Both the position numbers and the translations under genes were made by a program. A DNA stretch of 12,607 bases from Leptospiraceae bacterium (lineage in GTDB: Bacteria; Spirochaetota; Leptospiria; Leptospirales; Leptospiraceae): assembly GCA_024233865.1 (NCBI GenBank), contig JACKPA010000012.1:192001-204607 (forward strand). The letters run 5' to 3'. Below are positions 1 through 7,041 of this stretch, one piece after another (the stretch's first letter is position 1; the number at the start of each line of letters is the position of its first letter). A model generated the notes under the pieces. The model saw only the letters and a list, made by a program, of their open reading frames with translations. It did not search any database and had not been told where the DNA came from.

Positions 1-331
1 ACAATTGGACCTCGTCTTTTCTGGAAACAACGATATGGAAGGAAGAATTTAAATATTTAATGTATTTTTCCAAATTGGGGATTTCGCCCATAATCATAAT
101 ACTTGCTTCCGGAAATAAGCCATGGATTTTTATTCCTTCTTCCAAGTAATTTACGGCTAAAATATCAGCTCCAGCCTTAATGGATAGCTCTGCAATGGTT
201 TCCAAACCATGACCGTAAGCGTTAGATTTAATTACAGAAGCAAAGAGTGTATGTTTTGGAAGTATGTTTCTAAAAGATTGAATGTTTGTTACAAGAGCCG
301 TTTTTGATATTTCTACCTTTGTAAGTTCCAA
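1..331 (-). CDS. alr: alanine racemase, N-terminal ~110 aa; gene runs off the window start so the C-terminal part is missing
   Basis: Minus-strand translation from TTG at 331-329, immediately preceded by an in-frame TAA, gives (M)ELTKVEISKTALVTNIQSFRNILPKHTLFASVIKSNAYGHGLETIAELSIKAGADILAV... This matches the alanine racemase N-terminus, including the PLP-lysine motif V.K(A/S)NAYGHG. The ORF track omits it because it is truncated by the window edge. Confidence 0.6.
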   Translation of the reverse strand, partial: MELTKVEISKTALVTNIQSFRNILPKHTLFASVIKSNAYGHGLETIAELSIKAGADILAVNYLEEGIKIHGLFPEASIMIMGEIPNLEKYIKYLNSSFHIVVSRKDEVQL

Positions 332-351
332 TTTTTATTGCTTTAAAACCT

Positions 352-852
352 TTGTTTATGTATGGTATACTATATATGAATAATACATCTTCTTTAAATT
401 TGAAACATTTGTCAAATAAAAAGAAAAACTTATATATATATTCTGTTATCTCTTTGTTTGGAATAGTGCTGGCGACTTTGTTACCTTCGCAAGATACGGG
501 TTTTTCAATCTGCTTGTTTTATAATATAACCGGAATACCTTGTCCGGGTTGTGGAATGGGGAGAGCTATTATTCATTTTTTTCATTTACACTTTATAGAA
601 TCCTTTTATTATCATCCTTTTGGGATTTTTGTGGCTCTGTTTATGGTCTACTTTTCTTTGTGTATGGTTTTCCCTTTTCTGGGAAGCCTCATTTTTAAGT
701 ATCAAAAGTTTTGGAATTTTTTTATGAGTATTGTTGTTGTGTTGCTACTTGCATTTTTTGCTTTTCGAGTTTACTATGTGGTATTAGCACCTGAAAAGTT
801 GTCTCCTTATTTTTATAATTTTCAGAATAGGACTTCACTATGGAAATTTTGA
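352..852 (+). CDS. small polytopic membrane protein, DUF2752-like (CPGCG motif); true start may be ATG 376 rather than 352
   Basis: 166-aa ORF with several hydrophobic helices and the motif GIPCPGCGMGRAIIHF, characteristic of the DUF2752 family (CPxCGxTR-type motif). Its stop overlaps the panE start by 13 nt. Confidence 0.5.
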   Translation: MFMYGILYMNNTSSLNLKHLSNKKKNLYIYSVISLFGIVLATLLPSQDTGFSICLFYNITGIPCPGCGMGRAIIHFFHLHFIESFYYHPFGIFVALFMVYFSLCMVFPFLGSLIFKYQKFWNFFMSIVVVLLLAFFAFRVYYVVLAPEKLSPYFYNFQNRTSLWKF

Positions 853-1757
853 TTGTAGGTTCAGGGGCAATAGGTGGATTTTATGGTGGAATGTTATCTT
901 TATTGCCAGAGGTAAATATTCATTTTTTGTGTCGTTCGGACTACGATGTTGTGGCAAAAGAGGGGATCGAGATTGCAAGTCCTTGGAAAAATTTTCATTT
1001 TTACCCTACCGGGGTTTTGAAACAAGGAATGAGGTCACCCGTTGTCTTTGATTACGTGGTTGTTACCCTTAAAGTTTTACCTAATATTTTTCTTGCGAAA
1101 GTGATTGGAGACTATGTTAATAAAAAGACATCAATTCTACTTTTACAGAATGGTGTTGGTATAGAGCAAGGTGTTGTACAAGCATTTCCGGAAAATGAAA
1201 TTTTAAGCGGGCTTGCTTTTACTTGTATCCATCGAACGGCTCCCGGAAAAATCAAACATCTGGATTATGGACATTTGAGCATTGGCTCTTTTTCCAAAGA
1301 ACAGTCAAAAACTGCGTCCCAATTGTCCGAATTATTTAATAAAGCCGGTGTGAAGTGTGAAGTTGCAAAAGATATTGTTTCTGCCAGGTGGAAAAAATTG
1401 GTATGGAATGCACCTTTTAATCCTATATCAGTTTTATCCGGTGGACGTGATACAACTGCCATTCTTCAAAATAAAAAGACTTTGCAATTGGTCCAAAACG
1501 TGATGCAAGAAGTTTGTCATCTGGCAGAATTGGACGGTCACAGGCTTGCTGATGATGTTGCCTCTAAAATGATAGAAATGACACTATCCATGGAACCATA
1601 TAAAACGAGTATGCTTCTGGATTATGAATCACACCGGGAAATGGAAGTAGAAGCCATTTTAGGAAATCCTTTAAAAATAGCGAAACAACATAACGCAAAG
1701 TTACCCTATATGGAAACTCTTTATGCCTTGTTATCTATAATGAACCACGAATCATGA
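840..1757 (+). CDS. panE: 2-dehydropantoate 2-reductase (ketopantoate reductase, ApbA/PanE family)
   Basis: N-terminal Rossmann motif MEILIVGSGAIGGFYGGML. The central and C-terminal ApbA family motifs are present (KDIVSARWKKLVWNAPFNPISVL; TSMLLDYESHREMEVEAILGNPL). 305 aa is the typical length. Confidence 0.8.
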   Translation: MEILIVGSGAIGGFYGGMLSLLPEVNIHFLCRSDYDVVAKEGIEIASPWKNFHFYPTGVLKQGMRSPVVFDYVVVTLKVLPNIFLAKVIGDYVNKKTSILLLQNGVGIEQGVVQAFPENEILSGLAFTCIHRTAPGKIKHLDYGHLSIGSFSKEQSKTASQLSELFNKAGVKCEVAKDIVSARWKKLVWNAPFNPISVLSGGRDTTAILQNKKTLQLVQNVMQEVCHLAELDGHRLADDVASKMIEMTLSMEPYKTSMLLDYESHREMEVEAILGNPLKIAKQHNAKLPYMETLYALLSIMNHES

Positions 1758-1812
1758 GATAAAAATAAAAACTTTTATAGTTTGCCGGTGAACTTTGGAG
1801 CGAACTGTGACT

Positions 1813-3282
1813 TTATTGTTTAGAGCTAACGGCAAGGTACATGGAAACTGCTTCGTAAATAACGGTTTGTAAGGGATTCGAGTTTTCGATTTTTGAGTTT
1901 CCCTTTCCGTGTTCATATACTACGCTAAGGTTAAAAGACGCGCTAGGTAGATTCCAAGATATTCCCAAACAATAACCTATTGTATTGATATACTCACCTC
2001 TGGATTTTTCTCCGAATAACTCTCCTATTTGAGGTACATACAAAATGGAAACCTGTTGATTTGAGGTGTTAGCGAGGTTTAAAATAGAATCTTCGCCAAA
2101 ATTACTAATAGAATTTATGAGCAAGGTATCTGCCCATTTTATTTTTTTTGTATTTGCCCTATTTGTAAAAACGCCACCTCGTAAAGAAAGTGTTTCTTTA
2201 GGAAAATATTCCAAGCCAAAAGCGAGGTTCAGAGTAGGTGACCTGTAAAGCTCACTATTCTCATTTTCTGTTAAGATAACGTGTTTTATGGATGATCCGG
2301 AATAAAAGTATCTGGTCTGATCTTGTGAGCGTCTATATCCGTCAGTGTAAACTGTATCAAAAGCCATTAAAAATTTAGAATTTGGAAACCAGGCAATTCC
2401 TATTCTATATTCATTTATTTTTGGGGTCTCTGCCGAAAAAACAGGGCCCGAAAACCCGAGACTATCGTTAATTTTTCCGCCGCTACCACTCTGACTTCCT
2501 TGCATTACGGCAACTCCGTCTTGTGAAGTATTGCTTGTGCTTACAATAAATGAATTTTGGTACCTTTTTCCTCTACTGCTTGGCATAGTTCGACTTACAC
2601 TAAATCCAAGAGATACTTTGGGGCGGATTGCATACAATAAACCAAAAATAGGGTAGATACCATTGGTAGTTCTATCATCCCTCGATGTCTGTACTAATCC
2701 GGTATCCGAAGTTCTGAATAAACTACTTGAGGCTAAATATTCGATATCCCTAAACATATATAGAGAACCACCAATAGAAAGCTTGGGAGTTAGAAGCATT
2801 GATAAGCTCGGACCCAGTAATATTTGGTTTGTTTCACTTGTTTCTTGACGTATTGCATCTTTTACATCCGGAAAGTATAGTGAAAGGTTTAGTTGCTCAT
2901 ATCTTCTGGAACTTTGGCTGATTTTATTGACTAGGGAAAGCCCGAACTTATATTTCCCAAAAGACTTGATAGAGCCTATAAAATTTGGTGAAAAATTATT
3001 CAAATTTTCAACTAAGTTTTGTCCCGGTCCCCATATATCCTGGTAGGTTTTTTGTACGCTATTGTAGCTAAAAATGGACATGGAAATGGAATCATCATAA
3101 GAAAAAGAAAGACCGGCAGGATTGTAATACGTTCCGGATGGATCATCGGAAATAGCTGTAAATGCTCCTCCCATTCCCGTAGCTCGTTCTCCAAAAAATC
3201 CGTTGATGTTGTGAAATCCATCAGCATAAGAGCCGGCTAGTGCCAAGAAAAACAAAATTGTTATATTTATTTTTTTATACAT
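1813..3282 (-). CDS. outer-membrane beta-barrel transport protein, OMPP1/FadL/TodX family (long-chain fatty acid / hydrophobic compound channel)
   Basis: 489 aa with an N-terminal signal peptide (MYKKINITILFFLALAGSYADG). The mature N-terminus carries the family hallmark FGERATGMGGAFTAISDDPSGTYYNPAGLSF (the G..GGAf.A.aDDasa.yyNPAGL motif that forms the hatch domain). The rest is rich in alternating aromatic/small residues typical of a beta-barrel. Confidence 0.6.
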   Translation of the reverse strand: MYKKINITILFFLALAGSYADGFHNINGFFGERATGMGGAFTAISDDPSGTYYNPAGLSFSYDDSISMSIFSYNSVQKTYQDIWGPGQNLVENLNNFSPNFIGSIKSFGKYKFGLSLVNKISQSSRRYEQLNLSLYFPDVKDAIRQETSETNQILLGPSLSMLLTPKLSIGGSLYMFRDIEYLASSSLFRTSDTGLVQTSRDDRTTNGIYPIFGLLYAIRPKVSLGFSVSRTMPSSRGKRYQNSFIVSTSNTSQDGVAVMQGSQSGSGGKINDSLGFSGPVFSAETPKINEYRIGIAWFPNSKFLMAFDTVYTDGYRRSQDQTRYFYSGSSIKHVILTENENSELYRSPTLNLAFGLEYFPKETLSLRGGVFTNRANTKKIKWADTLLINSISNFGEDSILNLANTSNQQVSILYVPQIGELFGEKSRGEYINTIGYCLGISWNLPSASFNLSVVYEHGKGNSKIENSNPLQTVIYEAVSMYLAVSSKQ

Positions 3283-3647
3283 ATTTAGCTAGGATTTTTG
3301 TTAGCAAACTGATTCAGATCAATCAAAATACTATGATTAAAATGATTTTCGGGATTTATACTCAACGCGGAGTGGTTTTCGGAATTCACAAAGAGTACCA
3401 GCCATCTTGGCTGTGAATTTACAGGCTGGAAGTCTGTAGTACTTTCCGAAAATCATTCTGTTTTACGCAAAAGAAGACATAATTAACGAATTTATTCCTC
3501 CCCATTCGGTTTAAATTCAATTTTGGCTTCATTTACCCCCGACGTCTTATAATTTTTATACTTCCAAAACCGGAAATGCAGGTTGTAGAATGCGGTACTT
3601 ACCTTTATGTATTGCCAGTATAGTGCAAACCATTCCTTAGTTATCTA

Positions 3648-4571
3648 CTACTTTTCTCGAATGTTTAAAGTCAACTGCCTCACATCATAATTTCCACCCA
3701 CTTTTTGCAGAGACAAACGAACTCCTTTTGTTCCTTTCCAACTTCCACCAACAATTCCTTGGTACATTCCGTTTTTTCCCAAAGATACCGTTTCTTTTTG
3801 TGGTAATACAACCGGTTTTTCAGAAGCAATAACCACTATCTTGTCATATCCTTCCGGTGGGGCAGCCAGTAATTTGTATTTTCCGGGAGCGTTTTCTGGC
3901 GGGAATTTTAATTCCGTATTGCTGGGAACTCGATTGTCGCTTTGGTATTTATTGGGAAAAACTTGCACAATTGCACCGTCCATAGTGTAAACAAGAATGG
4001 TGACATACACTTCTTTTATTTTAGATGTAATTGTGTATTCTATCTCGATAGGTTCTCCGAATTTAACCCCTTCGTTTTCTAACTCTGCATTAGAGAATAC
4101 TTCCATTAACTCTATTTCGGTTTTTTTATTCGGTGATTTTAGATTGATTAGTTGTATCAAGCTTGCTTCTACTTCCAAAATATTCAAGAGTTCCGATACA
4201 TTTTTTTCCGTATAACTTTCCCAAGCACCAAGAATACGGGTCGTTTCGACTTGAACTAATTTGAAAGAAGTTGACTTATGGTTGTCAAACAAAACGATAT
4301 AATATGCACCTAGCGTTTTGCCGATTTTGGGACCATCTTTTACCAAGCCTGATTGTTCTAAATTGCTTTCTTTTAGCAATTTGTTGAGCTGCTTTCTCTC
4401 CACCGGTTGTGCAAAATCGGTTTTAAGTAATTTTCCCTCTATTGCAGTCATGAATTTGGAAGAACCACCGGCAACCGCTATCATTAGTTTGCCGTTTATT
4501 AACTGGGGGAACGCCGATAAGTTTAGCGGGAATTGTAAAATGAAAATAACTAAAAAAACAAAAATTCTCAT
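3648..4571 (-). CDS. secreted hypothetical protein; N-terminal CsgG-like motif region plus C-terminal DUF4384-like domain
   Basis: 307 aa with a cleavable signal peptide (MRIFVFLVIFILQFPLNLSA) and no lipobox cysteine. N-terminal region: LMIAVAGGSSKFMTAIEGKLLKTDFAQPVERKQLNKLLKESNLEQSGLVKDGPKIGKTLGAYYIV, resembling the CsgG-family signature ER..L..L.E..L..SG.V....IGK.LGA.Y. C-terminal region: KEVYVTILVYTMDGAIVQVFPNKYQSDNRV..KYKLLAAPPEGYDKIVVIAS, resembling DUF4384 (conserved ..DG.i..lFPN.. core). Both family assignments are from memory. Confidence 0.45.
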   Translation of the reverse strand: MRIFVFLVIFILQFPLNLSAFPQLINGKLMIAVAGGSSKFMTAIEGKLLKTDFAQPVERKQLNKLLKESNLEQSGLVKDGPKIGKTLGAYYIVLFDNHKSTSFKLVQVETTRILGAWESYTEKNVSELLNILEVEASLIQLINLKSPNKKTEIELMEVFSNAELENEGVKFGEPIEIEYTITSKIKEVYVTILVYTMDGAIVQVFPNKYQSDNRVPSNTELKFPPENAPGKYKLLAAPPEGYDKIVVIASEKPVVLPQKETVSLGKNGMYQGIVGGSWKGTKGVRLSLQKVGGNYDVRQLTLNIREK

Positions 4572-4626
4572 AATAATTACTTTTATAAAATATTGTAAAA
4601 AACCTTCAAGAAGAAACTATAATAAA

Positions 4627-4658
4627 TTGACATATTTAGTATTCCTAAGTTTAGATAA
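4627..4658 (+). promoter_or_regulatory. candidate sigma70-like promoter for the PAS gene in a 110-bp divergent intergenic region
   Basis: TTGACA at 4627-4632. AT-rich -10 candidates (tttaga / tagata / gataat) lie 17-20 nt downstream. A GGAGAG ribosome-binding site is 7 nt before the ATG at 4683. The -10 assignment is ambiguous. Confidence 0.2.
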
Positions 4659-4682
4659 TAATACAAGAGTTGGAGAGAGTAA

Positions 4683-6131
4683 ATGGAAGAAAATGGAACC
4701 CTGGGTAATAACCCATTAGATGCAGTGGATGATATTCCAGAAAATATGACAAAAAATAAACAAGAATCACAAATAGAAATAGAAAAAGAGTCATTACTAA
4801 AAGAAATTGATATATTGCAAAAACAAATTTATTTGCATACTCAAAGACAAGAGTTAATTTGTAAAGCTACCAATTCCGGATTGATAGAAATCAATATAAT
4901 AGATGGCCAAGTTGACCATTCTGAGACGACTTTTAGACTATCAAATGAATTTACTTCTCTTTTAGGTTATAGTGAAGATGAACTCCCAAATAATATTACG
5001 GACTGGTTTGCTCTCCTGCACCCGGAAGACTTGGAATTTGTAAGAAAGCGGTTTTATTCTCATTTGGAAGATAAATCTGCTGAAACTTCTTTCGTTATTA
5101 AGTGCAGAATTTTAGATAAAAATGGTAACTATTTGTGGATGCAAGGTTCAGGAGATACTCTGAGAGATGAGATGGAAAATCCAATATTTTTTCTTGCTCA
5201 ATTTAGGGTGATCCAGAAAGAAAAAATTCAAGAAACGGAATTTGAAATTATATCAACACGGTTCGATCTGCTCAACCAAGCAACCAGTGAAGGCTATTGG
5301 GACATGGTTATACCTGCTGACATGAATGTAGTGGATGATACTTATGTTTGGTATTCTGAACAGTTTAGAAAGATGTTGGGTTATCAAGATGAAAGTGATT
5401 TCCCTAATCGAATGGATAGTTGGTCTGTTTCGTTTCACCCGGAAGATATTGAGAGGGTTTTTGAGCAATTTCAGCAACACATTATGGATAAATCCGGTGA
5501 AACGGAATTTGATACGGAGTATCGTTTGAAGCTCAAGTCCGGAGAATTTCAATGGTTTCGTTCCAGAGGTGCAATTTTGTTGGATGAAGTAAAGCAACAC
5601 TTTAGGAGCGTAGGCTCATTAAAAAACATCAATGAGGAAAAGCAAATTGAGTTAGAGATTCAGTCTTTGTTAAAAGAGATCAATCGATTGACAGAGTCGG
5701 CAATTGAAGGAAAGATATTTAGTAGATTTGATACTTCCAATTTCCAAGACTATAACTTTGTCCATATTACACAGGAATTAAATTCTTTGCTAGATTCTAT
5801 CGTGCAGCCGATAGACGAAGGAATCATGCTTCTTCAAAAATTACAAACCGGAGATTTTAGTCAAAAACTGGAAATTGAATGTAAAGGAGAACATTTGAAA
5901 CTAAAAGAATCTATCAACTCCATTCAAAAATGGTTCTCTGAAATTAGTTCTTATTTAAGTAAAATTGTCAACGGAGATGGCAATGCCACATTAGAAAGAA
6001 TCTCTGATATAGATCCGCTTTATGAAAATTTGGAAAAACTAAAAAATAAACAACCAAAATTAACAACAAAAATAAATCCAACACCTGAAACTAGTGTAGA
6101 ATTAAAAATAACTATACGTTCGGAATCCTGA
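4683..6131 (+). CDS. cytoplasmic signalling protein: coiled-coil / PAS (PAS_3-like) / PAS (PAS_3-like) / coiled-coil / HAMP-like segment, with no recognisable output domain
   Basis: 482 aa with no transmembrane segment. There are two PAS-fold units with PAS_3-type motifs (W..LLHPEDLEFV...F..KCRILDKNGNYLWMQGSG and W.VSFHPEDIERV...EYRLKLKSGEFQWFRSRG). A HAMP-like stretch follows (GIMLLQKLQTGDFSQKLEIECKGEHLKLKESINSIQKWFSEI). There is no methyl-accepting, kinase, GGDEF/EAL or DNA-binding domain before the stop at 6131. Confidence 0.65.
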   Translation: MEENGTLGNNPLDAVDDIPENMTKNKQESQIEIEKESLLKEIDILQKQIYLHTQRQELICKATNSGLIEINIIDGQVDHSETTFRLSNEFTSLLGYSEDELPNNITDWFALLHPEDLEFVRKRFYSHLEDKSAETSFVIKCRILDKNGNYLWMQGSGDTLRDEMENPIFFLAQFRVIQKEKIQETEFEIISTRFDLLNQATSEGYWDMVIPADMNVVDDTYVWYSEQFRKMLGYQDESDFPNRMDSWSVSFHPEDIERVFEQFQQHIMDKSGETEFDTEYRLKLKSGEFQWFRSRGAILLDEVKQHFRSVGSLKNINEEKQIELEIQSLLKEINRLTESAIEGKIFSRFDTSNFQDYNFVHITQELNSLLDSIVQPIDEGIMLLQKLQTGDFSQKLEIECKGEHLKLKESINSIQKWFSEISSYLSKIVNGDGNATLERISDIDPLYENLEKLKNKQPKLTTKINPTPETSVELKITIRSES

Positions 6132-6155
6132 TCTTGAAGTTAAATTTTTTAAAAA

Positions 6156-6193
6156 TTTTTTTCTTCAATTCATTTTTATGATTGAAGAAAAAG
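6156..6193 (+). terminator. AT-rich hairpin about 25 nt after the PAS gene stop; possible bidirectional intrinsic terminator
   Basis: Inverted repeat tttttcttcaattca (6156-6172) / tgattgaagaa (6179-6189) around a ttttta loop. The upstream arm is a T-run and the downstream arm ends in aaaa, so the structure is plausible on either strand. The stem is AT-rich and therefore weak. Confidence 0.3.
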
Positions 6194-6248
6194 CCATTTG
6201 TTTTCTTATGTTGTTATTCTTATATGGAAAAAATTGAAATTTATAAAG

Positions 6249-6280
6249 TTGACAGCATGTTTCACAGATATAGGTAATTT
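6249..6280 (+). promoter_or_regulatory. possible promoter (-35 TTGACA) for the RNA-binding protein gene, implying a ~150-nt 5' UTR
   Basis: TTGACA at 6249-6254 followed by tataggtaat about 14-17 nt downstream. The -10 is imperfect and the spacing ambiguous. Confidence 0.15.
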
Positions 6281-6433
6281 CTGTTAGACCATGGTGCAGG
6301 AATAGAATTAATCCACTACTTGTTTTTGTTAAAGCCATTAATTTACGCCTAAAACAGACTACGGAGTCGATCCCTTTCTAGCTTGTTTCCAAACAACTTT
6401 CAAATTTACAAAACTATTTATTGGAGATATAAA

Positions 6434-6751
6434 ATGAACATATATGTAGGAAACCTTTCTCACTCTACAACAGAGGACACCTTAAGTAAATCTTTTGGAG
6501 TTTATGGTGCTGTTGAATCAGTAAAAATCATCACAGATAAATACAGCGGACAGCCTAGAGGTTTTGCCTTTGTTGAAATGGCTAACAAAAGCGAGTCTCG
6601 TAAGGCAATCCAAGAGTTAAACGAAACTGAGCTAGATGGCAGACAAATTAAAGTGAATGAAGCGAAACCAAGAGAAAACCGAAGAGACTTTAATAGTGGC
6701 GGTGGTGGTAGTGGCGGCGGCGGTCATCGTCGTAACAACAATCGTTGGTAA
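6434..6751 (+). CDS. RRM-domain glycine-rich RNA-binding protein (Rbp-type, about 105 aa)
   Basis: MNIYVGNLSHSTTEDTLSKSFGVYGAVESVKIITDKYSGQPRGFAFVEMANKSESRKAIQELNETELDGRQIKVNEAKPRE contains RNP2 (IYVGNL) and RNP1 (RGFAFVEM), followed by a GGGGSGGGGHRRNNNRW tail. A GGAG Shine-Dalgarno sequence lies 8 nt upstream of the ATG at 6434. The longer ORF-track start at 6383 has no ribosome-binding site and adds a non-conserved extension. Confidence 0.85.
   Translation: MNIYVGNLSHSTTEDTLSKSFGVYGAVESVKIITDKYSGQPRGFAFVEMANKSESRKAIQELNETELDGRQIKVNEAKPRENRRDFNSGGGGSGGGGHRRNNNRW
6698..6724 (+). repeat. in-frame GGY/AGT simple-sequence tract encoding the GGGGSGGGG tail of the RNA-binding protein
   Basis: ggc ggt ggt ggt agt ggc ggc ggc ggt is a low-complexity triplet repeat inside the CDS. 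Confidence 0.5.
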
Positions 6752-6832
6752 AATTTTACCAAAACACTCCCTTGGTGTCTTCTGCTTGAGCGAAGTCTAA
6801 GGGAGCCAAAGGTTGTTTTTTTATACCCCTAC

Positions 6833-6861
6833 AAGGCAGCACCTCTTGGCTGCCTTTTTAA
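6833..6861 (+). terminator. rho-independent terminator of the RNA-binding protein gene
   Basis: Perfect GC-rich stem aaggcagc (6833-6840) / gctgcctt (6849-6856) with an 8-nt loop, followed directly by a tttttaat T-run. A second, looser hairpin (ctccctt 6765-6771 / aagggag 6799-6805, followed by ggttgttttttt) lies between the stop codon and this terminator. Confidence 0.6.
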
Positions 6862-7041
6862 TAAGCTAAATACAATTCGGAATTGAATATTTCCATAATA
6901 GATGTCCTTGCTTTATTTGAATGTTAAGATTTGTATCCCTTGACTATTCTAATCGAATAAAAAAAACTTAAAATAAAAAATTAATTTATCTTTTCTATTC
7001 CTAAAAAATTAATACTTTTAGCATTAACTTTGGAAGGTTTT

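Noticed and set aside
1265-1462. 65-aa minus-strand ORF inside panE
   Set aside because: Antisense to a well-supported conserved CDS, with no motif or ribosome-binding site; a chance ORF.
1758-1812. Possible terminator between the convergent panE and FadL-like genes
   Set aside because: Only a 6-bp all-A/T stem with a 2-nt loop (ataaaa ac ttttat) was found, which is sterically and thermodynamically implausible. No GC-rich hairpin plus T-run is visible.
2066-3240. Short ORFs 2066-2248(+), 2663-2848(+), 3019-3240(+), 3012-3227(-) within the FadL-like gene span
   Set aside because: All are embedded in or antisense to the 489-aa outer-membrane protein CDS, which has a coherent signal peptide and family motif. 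They are low-complexity and have no independent support.
3997-4719. ORFs 3997-4215(+) and 4318-4719(+) antisense to the secreted-protein gene
   Set aside because: They are on the opposite strand of a 307-aa CDS with a signal peptide. The 4318-4719 ORF runs across the intergenic promoter region into the PAS gene start and is implausible as a gene.
5253-5600. ORFs 5253-5600(-) and 5335-5529(+) inside the PAS gene
   Set aside because: Embedded in a CDS with clear PAS motifs; chance ORFs.
4683-6131. Calling the PAS protein a methyl-accepting chemotaxis protein
   Set aside because: No methyl-accepting (MCP signalling) domain motifs are present before the stop. Only PAS and HAMP-like parts are visible, so a neutral sensor call is safer.
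6383-6433. Upstream extension of the RNA-binding protein ORF (track start 6383, MFPNNFQIYKTIYWRYK...)
   Set aside because: No ribosome-binding site precedes 6383, whereas GGAG lies 8 nt before the ATG at 6434. The extension is non-conserved-looking sequence before the RRM's RNP2 motif, which normally sits at the very N-terminus.
7030-7041. TTG start at 7030 for the protease gene (MEGFMKYF...)
   Set aside because: ATG at 7042 begins a canonical signal peptide (MKYFLLFISF...) and is preceded by ggaagg. The TTG start would add four residues ahead of the signal peptide with no support.
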